DNA of 64,000 bases from an uncultured delta proteobacterium (lineage in GTDB: Bacteria > Desulfobacterota > RBG-13-43-22). A model generated the notes under the pieces. It was not told the origin of the DNA and did not search any database. It saw nothing but the letters and a program-made list of their open reading frames with translations. The position numbers and the translations under genes were made by a program. Where the stretch lies: NCBI GenBank assembly GCA_963711835.1, contig CAVQFQ010000005.1:32001-96000 (forward strand), in the 5' to 3' direction. Positions 36,211-45,292 of this stretch are shown one piece after another; positions within the stretch are counted from its first letter, which is position 1; the number at the start of each line of letters is the position of its first letter.

Positions 36211-37200
36211 ATGAAGATCGTTCGATGGTGGCCGTATACGGTTCTACTGTGTTTCTGGTATTTTTGCAGCGCCATGGCTCAGGAGCTTACGCATGACGTC
36301 CGGCCGGGATCCGGAGTGACCTCGGTAAAGCGCCTGTCGGACTATTTTCCTTCTCTGGCAAAGACGCCTGGCGACACCGCTGTATACGTCATGGATGGTG
36401 ATCAGAAAGGTGGAACCGTCTTTGTCGCCGCCGGTACCCACGGCAACGAAATTGCCGGGATCATGGCCGCAACGGTGCTGGTCGAGCACGCGCGAGTGAG
36501 CAAGGGACGGCTGATCGTAGTCCCACACGCGAACAACTCGGCCGTGAGCTATGTCGATCCAAAAAGGCAGGGCCCATCCTCGATCACTCTCGAAACCTCG
36601 AGCGGCAAACGGGAATTCAGATATGGCTCGCGCCTCACAAAACCGGAGCACCAGGGTGAAGGCGACCCGCCGGAGTACCGCCACCCGAATTCCAGCGAGG
36701 AGCTTGATGGCTCGGAAGCGCGCGACCTCGACCGCGCATATCCCGGAAAAGCCGAAGGGGAATCTCACCGAGAGAGTTGCTTACGCCATCCTTCAGCTTC
36801 TCAAGAAGGAGTCGGTGAACATCGCGTTTGGCCTCCCACGAATCCGGCCCTGATTCGCACCTGGCCTGGATGGTAGTGGCAAATCCAAAGAACATCGATG
36901 TGGCCGCCGCCGCGATCCTCAGCCTGGACGAGGCAGGAATTTCGATGAAGCTCGAGCCCTCCTCGGATTTCGTTTCGGGGACTGTCACACCGGGAATGGG
37001 GAGATGCAACCAAGGCGCAGGCATTCCTGTTAGACGCCAAACCCGGGTATGGGAGAAAAAGACAGGGCGTGGACCTCGGTGAATGACGCGAGGTTCCCTC
37101 TTGCCAGGCGGGTCGGCGTGCATCTGTCGACGCTGCTTGCCATTCTTGAGTCTTACAATGAAGGAGCAGCAACATCATCGGTTAAACTGTGGGATGTCCG
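36211..37200 (+). CDS. Second succinylglutamate desuccinylase/aspartoacylase deacylase (frameshifted; 3' end uncertain)
   Basis: AGTHGNE, RDLDRAYPG; paralogous to 31154-32302 (LSxYFPxLxKTPGDT). Confidence 0.72.
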
Positions 37201-37811
37201 GGATTGACGCAGGTGCTGGAGGATGGGGTCGGCCGGTTCCTGAAATGAGGGAAGCATCCCGGGTCGACAGATTGTAAAGGCAGGGCAGCCACACCGGTGG
37301 CTTATTGGTCTGAACTATGGTCCCTGACATCGGTCAAGTCGTGAAAAAGCTGGCGGCAGGCGATGCGTCAAGCCTGGACAAGAGCATCGTGGAAAGGATT
37401 CCCACGTGGGTATCGCGGTTTAATATCCTACGTGACGGCAATGACTTGTGGCTTTACTGCGAACCACTGCAACGTTTGACGATGGCACTGTGAACAGCCA
37501 GTTGACCTGCCGAATTCCATCCGGACGGTACCTGGTCGACACTTTCGATACGCGCTCGCTTATCTGCATCAGCCGTGAATCGGCTGCCGGCGGGCTCATG
37601 GTGGTGGGAGTGAGTTACACCGGCAATCCGGTGCTCCTGTGGATCCGGCCGATCGGGGGGCAGGCCGGGCCAGGGACCCGGACTGAAGGGCAAATCTAGC
37701 CTTTCTTACGCAACTCCTCTTCTGTGCGCAGATCGTTGACAAACCCAAAATACAGCGCCGACACCCGAGCAATCGATTCAGCCAGCTGTTTGTCCATTTG
37801 CGTCTGTCCGC

Positions 37812-38117
37812 ATGGTGGAGTTCCCGCCCGATGCCAATCGGCCGCAGGGCGGCGACAGCCGCGAGGGCTTCGAAGCCATCGGCGCCGGCCACGTCAAGGA
37901 CGCCGCCCACTCCGACCCGATGATGCACAGGACCGCGACCGTCGACTACGCGGTCGTGGTCAAGGGCGAAATCTGCGCGGTCATGGAAAAAGGCGAGACG
38001 CTCCTGCGAGCGGGAGATGTACTGGTGCAGCGAGGCACGAATCACTCCTGGAGCGTGCGCGGCAGGGAGCCGTGCCTGGTCGCCTTCGTTCTGGTCGACG
38101 CGGAGCCGCTGAAATGA
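37812..38117 (+). CDS. Cupin domain protein (5' truncated at junction)
   Basis: MHRTATVDY, GDVLVQRGTNHSW. Confidence 0.8.
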   Translation: MVEFPPDANRPQGGDSREGFEAIGAGHVKDAAHSDPMMHRTATVDYAVVVKGEICAVMEKGETLLRAGDVLVQRGTNHSWSVRGREPCLVAFVLVDAEPLK

Positions 38118-38540
38118 AGAAATCCCCCGTCGGCGTCATCGGCCTGGGCATCATGGGCTCGGCGATGTCGGCCAACCTGGCGAGGAGGAGCTTCAAGGTC
38201 CGCGGCTACGACATCGCGGCCAGGGCGAAGAGCGCCCTCAAGCGCGCCGGCGGCTTGCCGGTGGATTCGATTTCCGAGATCAAAGCCGGAATCATCATCA
38301 CGTCGCTGCCGAGCGCTGCGGCGCTGCATTCCGTCTGCAAGGAATTGAACGGCAAAGGCGCCATCGTCATCGAGACCAGCACCTTGCCGATCGAGGAAAA
38401 GATGAAGGCGCGCGACACGCTGAAGAGGAAGGGCATCACCCTCCTCGACTGCCCGCTCTCCGGCACCGGCGCGCAGGCGAAGGTCGGCGACCTGGTGGTG
38501 TTCGGTAGCGGTGACAGGAATGCTTTTTCAAAGGTGAGAA
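38114..38540 (+). CDS. NAD(P)-dependent beta-hydroxyacid dehydrogenase, N-terminal part only
   Basis: VGVIGLGIMGSAMS, LLDCPLSG; cut at junction. Confidence 0.75.
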
Positions 38541-39859
38541 TTGTTTTCAGCCGGGAGGGCTACCGCATTCTGTCCGCCGCCAGCGGGACGGAGGCCCTGG
38601 AAATTTTTCGGAAAGAAACCTTTCCGGTTGTCCTGACCGATATCCGCATGCGCCCTATGGATGGTTTGGCCCTGCTGAAAGCCATCAAGAGCCTCCAGCC
38701 CCAAACCGAGGTTATCATGATCTCGGCCTATGCCAGTCCCGAGACAGCGGTAGAGGCCATGAACGAGGGGGCCTACGATTTCTTTCCCAAGCCCTTCGAC
38801 AACCAGGAATTGAAGGCCGTTATTCAAAACGCCCTGACCCGTTATTACGGCCAACCGGATGGGACAGTAGAAACCCCTGCCCTGCCCACCAGCAGACGGC
38901 CCATCATCGGAAATAGTCCCCAGATGAAGCGGGTTTATGATTTAATTTTGAAGGCTTCCCAGGTAATCAGCAATGTCCTGATCACCGGGGAAAGCGGTAC
39001 GGGAAAGGAATTGGTGGCCCGGTCCATTCACGAAAACGGCCCGCGCCAGGACAAGCCCTTCGTGACCATATCTTGCGCCGGGATCCCGGAATCGTTGGTT
39101 GAAAGCGAACTCTTCGGTTATCGCAAAGGGGCCTTTACCGGCGCCTTGACCCATAAAACCGGCCTGGTGGAAACCGCCAATAAGGGGACTCTTTTCCTTG
39201 ACGAGATCGGCGAATTGTCCGCCATCATGCAGGTCAAGCTCCTCAGACTGGTCCAGGAAAGGACCTTCATCCCCTTGGGCGATACCCGGGAGCAATCCGT
39301 AGATGTCCGGTTTATCCTGGCCACCAATCGGGACCTTGAAAAAGAGGTCATGGAGGGGCGCTTCCGCTACGACCTTTATTACCGCATTAATGTCATCACC
39401 ATCCCCTTACCGCCTCTCCGGGAACGCGCTGAGGATATTCCTTTGCTGGCCCATCATTTCATGGAGAAGTATTCCAGGCTGTTGGGTAAGGAGATCCGAA
39501 AGATCTCCTCCTATGCCTTTAAGATCCTTTCCCAATACCATTTTCCCGGGAATGTCAGGGAGCTGGAAAATATTATTGAGCGGTCGGTGGCCATGGAGCG
39601 CTCCACCATCATTCTGCCGGAGAGTCTGGCCCTGGCCCATTATAAAGACGTCCCGGCCGCTCCGAAAGAAGGCCCGGTTTTTACCCTTCCCGGGGAGGGC
39701 ATGGACCTGGACCAAACCCTTGACCAGGTGGAAAAAAATTTACTTCTCCAGGCCTTGCAAAAAACCATGGGGAACAAACAGCGGGCCGCCGATTTATTAA
39801 AGATCAACCTGCGATCTCTTCGTTATCGCTTGCTGAAGCACGGCCTGGATGCCGAATAG
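38540..39859 (+). CDS. Sigma-54 dependent response regulator (NtrC/PilR-like); N-terminal residues missing
   Basis: REC (LTDIRM), GESGTGKE, GAFTGA, FLDEIG, C-terminal Fis-type HTH. Confidence 0.9.
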   Translation: MVFSREGYRILSAASGTEALEIFRKETFPVVLTDIRMRPMDGLALLKAIKSLQPQTEVIMISAYASPETAVEAMNEGAYDFFPKPFDNQELKAVIQNALTRYYGQPDGTVETPALPTSRRPIIGNSPQMKRVYDLILKASQVISNVLITGESGTGKELVARSIHENGPRQDKPFVTISCAGIPESLVESELFGYRKGAFTGALTHKTGLVETANKGTLFLDEIGELSAIMQVKLLRLVQERTFIPLGDTREQSVDVRFILATNRDLEKEVMEGRFRYDLYYRINVITIPLPPLRERAEDIPLLAHHFMEKYSRLLGKEIRKISSYAFKILSQYHFPGNVRELENIIERSVAMERSTIILPESLALAHYKDVPAAPKEGPVFTLPGEGMDLDQTLDQVEKNLLLQALQKTMGNKQRAADLLKINLRSLRYRLLKHGLDAE

Positions 39860-39876
39860 ATGCTTTTACAGCCAAT

Positions 39877-40049
39877 TTTGAAAATTTATCTCACCCTTTC
39901 AACTTTCAGGTATTAGGGGGTCTTATTTTTGTTGATTAGGAGCAGGGCATTCATCCCGCCGAGGCGGGACTCATGGCCAAGGGGTGGACAACTCAAAAAA
40001 CAAGACCCCCTAATACCAAATTTAACAAGAGGGAGAGAAAAATTTCAAA
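39877..40049. repeat. Nested inverted-repeat element A (related to 44847-45124)
   Basis: ggtattagggggtcttattttt / aaaaaacaagaccccctaatacc plus an imperfect outer IR. Confidence 0.7.
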
Positions 40050-40065
40050 TCTCTTTGGTTAGGCT

Positions 40066-40632
40066 TTGATACGGAAAAATCACAAAATTATTTGGGTCGT
40101 CCTGGCGGTTGGAGCAGCCTTTGCTTTGGGCCTGGGCTGGCATTGGGTCCAGGGGACCCCTTATTTTTCCCTCTATAAAATCGGGGCCGGTTTAAAGAAT
40201 CGGGATGTCAACGGCTTTCTGACCTATGTGGATCTGGAAGCGATTCTAAGCCGGCAGGCCTCGGAATCCCTATCCGACTTATTAAAATCAATCCCCTCTT
40301 CCAACCCGATCAGTCAATGGATCGCCCCCCTGGGAGAAATCAAGATCCAGCTCTCTCCGGAAACCAATCAGGGCCTGAGCCGGCTGGCCATCCAAACCTT
40401 GCGGGAGTACCTTGAAAATCATGAAAATCCAACCCTGCCCTCCTCGTTCGGGGTTCTTTTTATCGCCCGAGTAAAGGCCAAGGGAGATTATGCCTTGGTG
40501 ACCTTGAAAATGGACCGGGATCAACTTCGGATGGGACTGCGAAAAAACGCCGGAATTTGGCGGGTGGTGGAACTCAATCCGGAAGACACCCAGCGTTTTA
40601 TCAAGACTTATCTGTTGCCCTCCAAATCATAG
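40066..40632 (+). CDS. DUF2939-like membrane-anchored protein
   Basis: TM helix followed by TPYFSLYKI...FLTYVDLEA. Confidence 0.6.
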   Translation: MIRKNHKIIWVVLAVGAAFALGLGWHWVQGTPYFSLYKIGAGLKNRDVNGFLTYVDLEAILSRQASESLSDLLKSIPSSNPISQWIAPLGEIKIQLSPETNQGLSRLAIQTLREYLENHENPTLPSSFGVLFIARVKAKGDYALVTLKMDRDQLRMGLRKNAGIWRVVELNPEDTQRFIKTYLLPSKS

Positions 40633-40744
40633 ACCAGCGCCCCAAATTGCCCTTGACAGATTCGGCTAAAAACTGCTTTAATAACCAAGAGACAGGTTTA
40701 TAGTGACCTATTCATTGGTTTGGAAGAACGAAAAGAGGTTTTAG

Positions 40745-41906
40745 ATGAGCAAGACCATAGCTGAAATTAATGAAAAACTCAAAAAAGGCAAAGCCGTCGT
40801 CGTGACGGCTGAGGAGATTATTGAACTGACCCGGAAAAAAGGGGTTAAAAAAGTGGCCCAGGAGGTTGATGTGGTTACGACCGGGACTTTTTCTCCCATG
40901 TGTTCCTCCGGGGCCTACCTCAATATCAAACAGCCCCAGCAAAAAATGAAGTTGGGCGGCGGCCGGGCCACCTTAAACGGGGTTCCCGTCTATACCGGTT
41001 TTGCAGCCGCCGATGTCTATATTGGGGCTGCCGCCCTGCCCGACGACGACCCCAGAAATGCCGTTTATCCGGGCCAATTTCTCTATGGGGGCGCCCAGGT
41101 CATAGAAGAGTTGGTCGCCGGGAAAAAGGTGCTCTTGACGGCTACGGCCTACGGGACAGACTGCTATCCCCTGAAAAAGCGTGAGACGGTTTTAACCCTT
41201 AAGGACCTTAATGACGCTGTTCTTTTTAACCCCCGCAACGGGTATCAGAATTATAACGTGGCGGTCAACCTGTCCGACAAGGTCATTTATACCTATATGG
41301 GGGTATTGCGTCCCCGAATGGGCAATGCCAATTACTGCAGTGCCGGCCAGCTTTCGCCCTTGCTGAACGACCCCATCTACCGAACCATCGGTATAGGCAC
41401 TAAGATTTTTTTAGGGGGGGGGGATCGGCTATGTCTGCTGGCACGGCACCCAGCACAATCCTTCGGTTCTCAGGGGTGAGAATAAAGTGCCGCGAGGACC
41501 GGCCGGAACCCTGGCGGTTATCGGAGATTTAAAAGGAATGAGCGCCCAATGGTTGAGAGGGGTTTCGTTTACCGGATACGGAACTACGCTGGCCGTCAGC
41601 ATCGGGGTTCCCATTCCCATCCTGGATGAAGAGATGGCGGCCTTTACCAGTGTCCGGGATGAAGACCTTTGGACCAAGATCATCGACTACAGCCATGATT
41701 ATCCTCAAGGGACGGGCAAGGTTTTGGGTGAGGTTAATTATGCCGAACTGAAGTCGGGGAAAATGGTTTTTAAGAACAAAGAGATTCCCACCGGCGGTCT
41801 TTCCAGTTATTTAAAGGCCAGGGAAGTTGCCGAGACCTTAAAAAAATGGTTATTGAAGGGTAATTTCCTTTTAACCGAACCGGTGGCCCCTCTCCCCGGG
41901 GTCTGA
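40745..41906 (+). CDS. Homocysteine biosynthesis protein (DUF39, aspartate-semialdehyde sulfurtransferase); +1 G in the run 41414-41423
   Basis: KTIAEINEK, DVVTTGTFSPMCSSG, PRNGYQNY, GTKIFLGGG|IGY; second half in the next frame. Confidence 0.85.
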
Positions 41907-41944
41907 ACCAAGCGGAATTAAATCTGGTTTAACAGGAGTCAGCC

Positions 41945-42352
41945 ATGGCCAAGAAAAAAGTGATCCTAACCTTTCCTCCGGCTCTCATTGAAGAGCCGGT
42001 CACCTATAATTTAATCAAAAACTACGACTGCAAAATCAACATACTCAAAGCCACGGTTCGACCAAAAGAAAAAGGCCGGTTGGTTATTGAATTGAACGGC
42101 AGCCGGGAGGCGGTGGCCAAGGGACTGGGCTATTTAAAACAAATCGGGGTTCAGGTCGAACCCCTGGCCCAGGAAGTCAGATACCTGAAAGAGCGCTGCA
42201 GCCACTGCAGCGCCTGCATCCCCCACTGCCCCACGGAGGCCCTCTCGATCGACCGGGAGGACATGAGGGTTACCTTTCGCGGAGAACGATGCATCATTTG
42301 CGAGGCCTGCCTGCCGGTCTGTGCTTATAAGGCCATGGAGATCCAGTTTTAA
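41945..42352 (+). CDS. NIL domain + 2x[4Fe-4S] ferredoxin
   Basis: EPVTYNLIK..INILKA NIL domain; CSHCSAC..CP and CIICEAC..C. Confidence 0.88.
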   Translation: MAKKKVILTFPPALIEEPVTYNLIKNYDCKINILKATVRPKEKGRLVIELNGSREAVAKGLGYLKQIGVQVEPLAQEVRYLKERCSHCSACIPHCPTEALSIDREDMRVTFRGERCIICEACLPVCAYKAMEIQF

Positions 42353-42412
42353 CTTCTTGCCGGTTTTTTTTGGAAAATTGTTACCCATTTTACAAGAGGG
42401 ATTGGCACCATC

Positions 42413-42551
42413 AAATTCGAAGCACGAAATCCGAAACTCGAAGTAAAACCTAATTTTCAAATTCCAAAACAAATAGACAAATCGGTTTTGAACATTTACG
42501 ACTTAGAAAATTTAGATTTGTTTCGGATTTCGATATTCGGATTTCGAATTT
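42413..42551. repeat. Inverted array of 7-bp periodic units (cgaaatc/gatttcg)
   Basis: aaattcgaagcacgaaatccgaaactcgaa ... ttcggatttcgatattcggatttcgaattt between convergent genes. Confidence 0.75.
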
Positions 42552-42560
42552 AAAATCTGA

Positions 42561-43367
42561 TTAGGCCAGCTCCAATCGAATAGGACGCCCTAAAAATTCT
42601 TGGGCGATTAGTTCGAAATTCGGGGTCAAATCGGAGACGAAAAAACGATGGCCGGCCTGAGCAACCGCCGGTTCCAGGGATCGCATCAATTCCGGATTTT
42701 TTCCCAGATACTCTTTAACCCACAGGGCCACCTCTTGCGAAGAGTCGATGATTTGGCATTTCCGGCCCATCTTGGCCTGGATCACGGATTTGAGTAAGGG
42801 ATAGTGGGTACAGCCCAATACCAGGGTATCGACCTGTTTGGTCTTGATAGGCTGGAGGTACTTGCGGACGATCCGCTTGGTTTCAGGTCTTTTAAGCCAG
42901 TTCTCCTCCACCAAGGGGACCAGCAAAGGGCAGGCCTGCGAAAAAACCTGGATGTCCGGCCGGCTCTCTTTAAGCAGCCTTTTATAAATATGGCTTCCTA
43001 CGGTAGCCCTGGTCCCGATAATCCCGATACGATGGTTTCGGGTTACCTGGAGGGTCTTTTTTACAGCCGGGCCGATGACCTCAAATAGAGGGATGGCAAA
43101 GCGTTCCCGCAAGACCTCTATGGCCACGGAAGACACCGAGTTACAGGCCACGACAATAATTTTGGCCCCCTGGTCAATGAGGAATTGGGTGTCTTCGACG
43201 GCGTAGTCGATAATGGTTTTGGGGCTTTTGGTCCCATAGGGGGTGCGGGCCGTATCCCCGAAATAGACGATCCGGTAGTTGGGGAGTTTATCCAACACCT
43301 CGCGCACAACCGTCAATCCGCCGATTCCGGAATCAAAAATACCGATCATGCTCTTCACTTTACTCAT
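42561..43367 (-). CDS. murI: Glutamate racemase
   Basis: IGIFDSGIGGLTV, VVACNS, LGCTHYP. Confidence 0.95.
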   Translation of the reverse strand: MSKVKSMIGIFDSGIGGLTVVREVLDKLPNYRIVYFGDTARTPYGTKSPKTIIDYAVEDTQFLIDQGAKIIVVACNSVSSVAIEVLRERFAIPLFEVIGPAVKKTLQVTRNHRIGIIGTRATVGSHIYKRLLKESRPDIQVFSQACPLLVPLVEENWLKRPETKRIVRKYLQPIKTKQVDTLVLGCTHYPLLKSVIQAKMGRKCQIIDSSQEVALWVKEYLGKNPELMRSLEPAVAQAGHRFFVSDLTPNFELIAQEFLGRPIRLELA

Positions 43368-43520
43368 TCCGGTTCCGGACTGTCAAACAGTTATTTTGAC
43401 ACTCTGCCCCTTGTGAATCCTTTCAAGCCTGACCCTTACTGCCGCCTTTATCCTTGACATCCCCCCACCCCGCTTGATAATTTGAAACCTGAAACAGGAA
43501 ATTTTAGGGGGGGGCGTGCC

Positions 43521-44555
43521 TTGCTGACCGGCATTGTAACGGATCCTATTTATCTGGAACACCTGAAGGATTTCGGCCATGTGGAAAGCCCGCATCGGCT
43601 GGAGGTCATTTACGAGACCTTGAACCATTCTGTTAAAGACCGGGTCCGGATCATTTCCCCCCGGCCGGCCGCCCACGATGAACTGGCTTATATCCATTCT
43701 CAGGACCATATCAGGCGGGTGGCGGCCACTGCCGGGAAGGCCTGTGTCTCTCTGGACCCGGATACCCAAACCTCCCCCTTGTCTTATGAGGCCGCCACAA
43801 TGGCCGCGGGGGGCCTTTTTGTTCTTATCGATGCCTTAATGAACCGGACCATAGGCAACGGTTTTGCCTTGGTGCGTCCTCCGGGACACCATGCCGAATC
43901 CAATCGGGCTATGGGCTTTTGCCTCTTCAACAACGTCGCCCTGGGAGCCGCTTACTCCCGGATCAAACACGGGTTGGACAAAATCCTGATTATCGACTGG
44001 GATCTTCACCACGGCAACGGCACCCAGCATTCCTTTTGGGATTCGGACCGGGTCCTTTATTTTTCCACCCACCAATATCCCTATTATCCCGGTACCGGGG
44101 CCGTCCATGAAATTGGTGGGAAAATGGCCCCTGGATTTACGGTAAATGTCCCCCTTTCCAGCGGCTATCTCGACGAAGACTTCGCCCAGATCTTTGAGCG
44201 GGTGCTCCTGCCGATCGGGCGCCAATTCCAACCGGACCTGCTGCTGGTTTCAGCCGGATTTGATACCTATTTCGAAGACCCTCTGGGCGCCATGCTGGTC
44301 AGCCCCAAGGGATTTGCCCGCCAGACCCGCCTCCTCCTGCAGTTAGCCGAAGAAGTCTGCCAGGGTCGTTTACTGCTCACTCTCGAAGGAGGCTATCACC
44401 TTGAGGGCTTACGCCTGTCCGTACTGGCGGTAATTAACGAACTCATGGGAAACTCCGTTCTTAGGCCGGAAGAAAGGCAGCCTGATGGAAGGCCTAATCT
44501 GGCGATTGTAGACAAGGTCTGGTCGATTCAAAAAAATTACTGGAAAAAGGATTAG
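43521..44555 (+). CDS. Histone deacetylase family protein
   Basis: HVESPHRL, RPPGHHA, DWDLHHGNGTQ, LEGGY. Confidence 0.92.
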   Translation: MLTGIVTDPIYLEHLKDFGHVESPHRLEVIYETLNHSVKDRVRIISPRPAAHDELAYIHSQDHIRRVAATAGKACVSLDPDTQTSPLSYEAATMAAGGLFVLIDALMNRTIGNGFALVRPPGHHAESNRAMGFCLFNNVALGAAYSRIKHGLDKILIIDWDLHHGNGTQHSFWDSDRVLYFSTHQYPYYPGTGAVHEIGGKMAPGFTVNVPLSSGYLDEDFAQIFERVLLPIGRQFQPDLLLVSAGFDTYFEDPLGAMLVSPKGFARQTRLLLQLAEEVCQGRLLLTLEGGYHLEGLRLSVLAVINELMGNSVLRPEERQPDGRPNLAIVDKVWSIQKNYWKKD

Positions 44556-44561
44556 GCCCAT

Positions 44562-44846
44562 ATGAAATTAGGCCCCCAGGAAATAGAGCACGTAGCCCTT
44601 CTGGCCCGGGTCCGGGTCAGCCCGGAAGAAATCGATCTTTTTACCCAGCAACTGAATGATATCCTGATCTACATGGAAAAACTGGCGGAAGTGGACACCA
44701 CCGGGATCGAACCCGCCCCCCAGGCCCGGCATCTCTCCAATGCTTTTCGTGAAGACCTGGTCCTGCCCTCTTTGCCGGCGGAAGAGGCCTTGGCCCTGGC
44801 GCCCCGGCAGGCTCGTTCTTCCTTTGTGGTCCCCAAAGTGATTTAA
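44562..44846 (+). CDS. gatC: Asp/Glu-tRNA amidotransferase subunit C
   Basis: HVALLAR...VDTTGIEP..FREDLV..FVVPKVI. Confidence 0.92.
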   Translation: MKLGPQEIEHVALLARVRVSPEEIDLFTQQLNDILIYMEKLAEVDTTGIEPAPQARHLSNAFREDLVLPSLPAEEALALAPRQARSSFVVPKVI

Positions 44847-45124
44847 TAAGGTCTCAAAGTATAGTGACCAACCGGGACCGGGGGTCTTCTTTTCTGGGGT
44901 TGTCCAAAGGGTAACTCATCGCCCTATCGGCCGAACGGCTAGTGGGTTAGGTGCAGGGCATTCACCCGAGTCCGTCTCGGGCATTAGTGTCGGCCTGTCT
45001 CTGGATTAGTTCGATTGGCCGGAAAGAAGCTTTGGGCTTGAAGGTGGACAACCCAAAAGAAGACCCCCGGTCCCATTTAAGACAAGCTCCTCAATTTCAG
45101 GTCACGACTATTAGGAGACCCTTA
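44847..45124. mobile_element. Nested inverted-repeat element B inserted between gatC and gatA
   Basis: ~30-bp IR gggaccgggggtcttcttttctggggttgtcca / tggacaacccaaaagaagacccccggtccc plus an outer IR. Confidence 0.65.
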
Positions 45125-45292
45125 ATAACTGGAACCAGGAGACAAGTTCGCTCCTCTTTCAATCGGGATGCCGCTATCCCCCGGCATCATGGTCTGAGAA
45201 TCCCTCTTCTCTCCCCCTCCCCCGGCTCTGCTGAGCGCATTGCAGTCTCAGAGGGGCTAAGAAAGAAGTTGGGATAAGGAATTTAAGAGACT

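Noticed and set aside
37300-37699. ORF fragment after the second deacylase
   Set aside because: It has no clear start and no recognisable family, and lies next to a junction in an error-rich stretch
37724-39859. 711-aa ORF that looks like a novel dehydrogenase-receiver-sigma54 activator fusion
   Set aside because: Both halves are truncated at ~38540 and codon style changes abruptly there; a chance in-frame chimeric join explains it best
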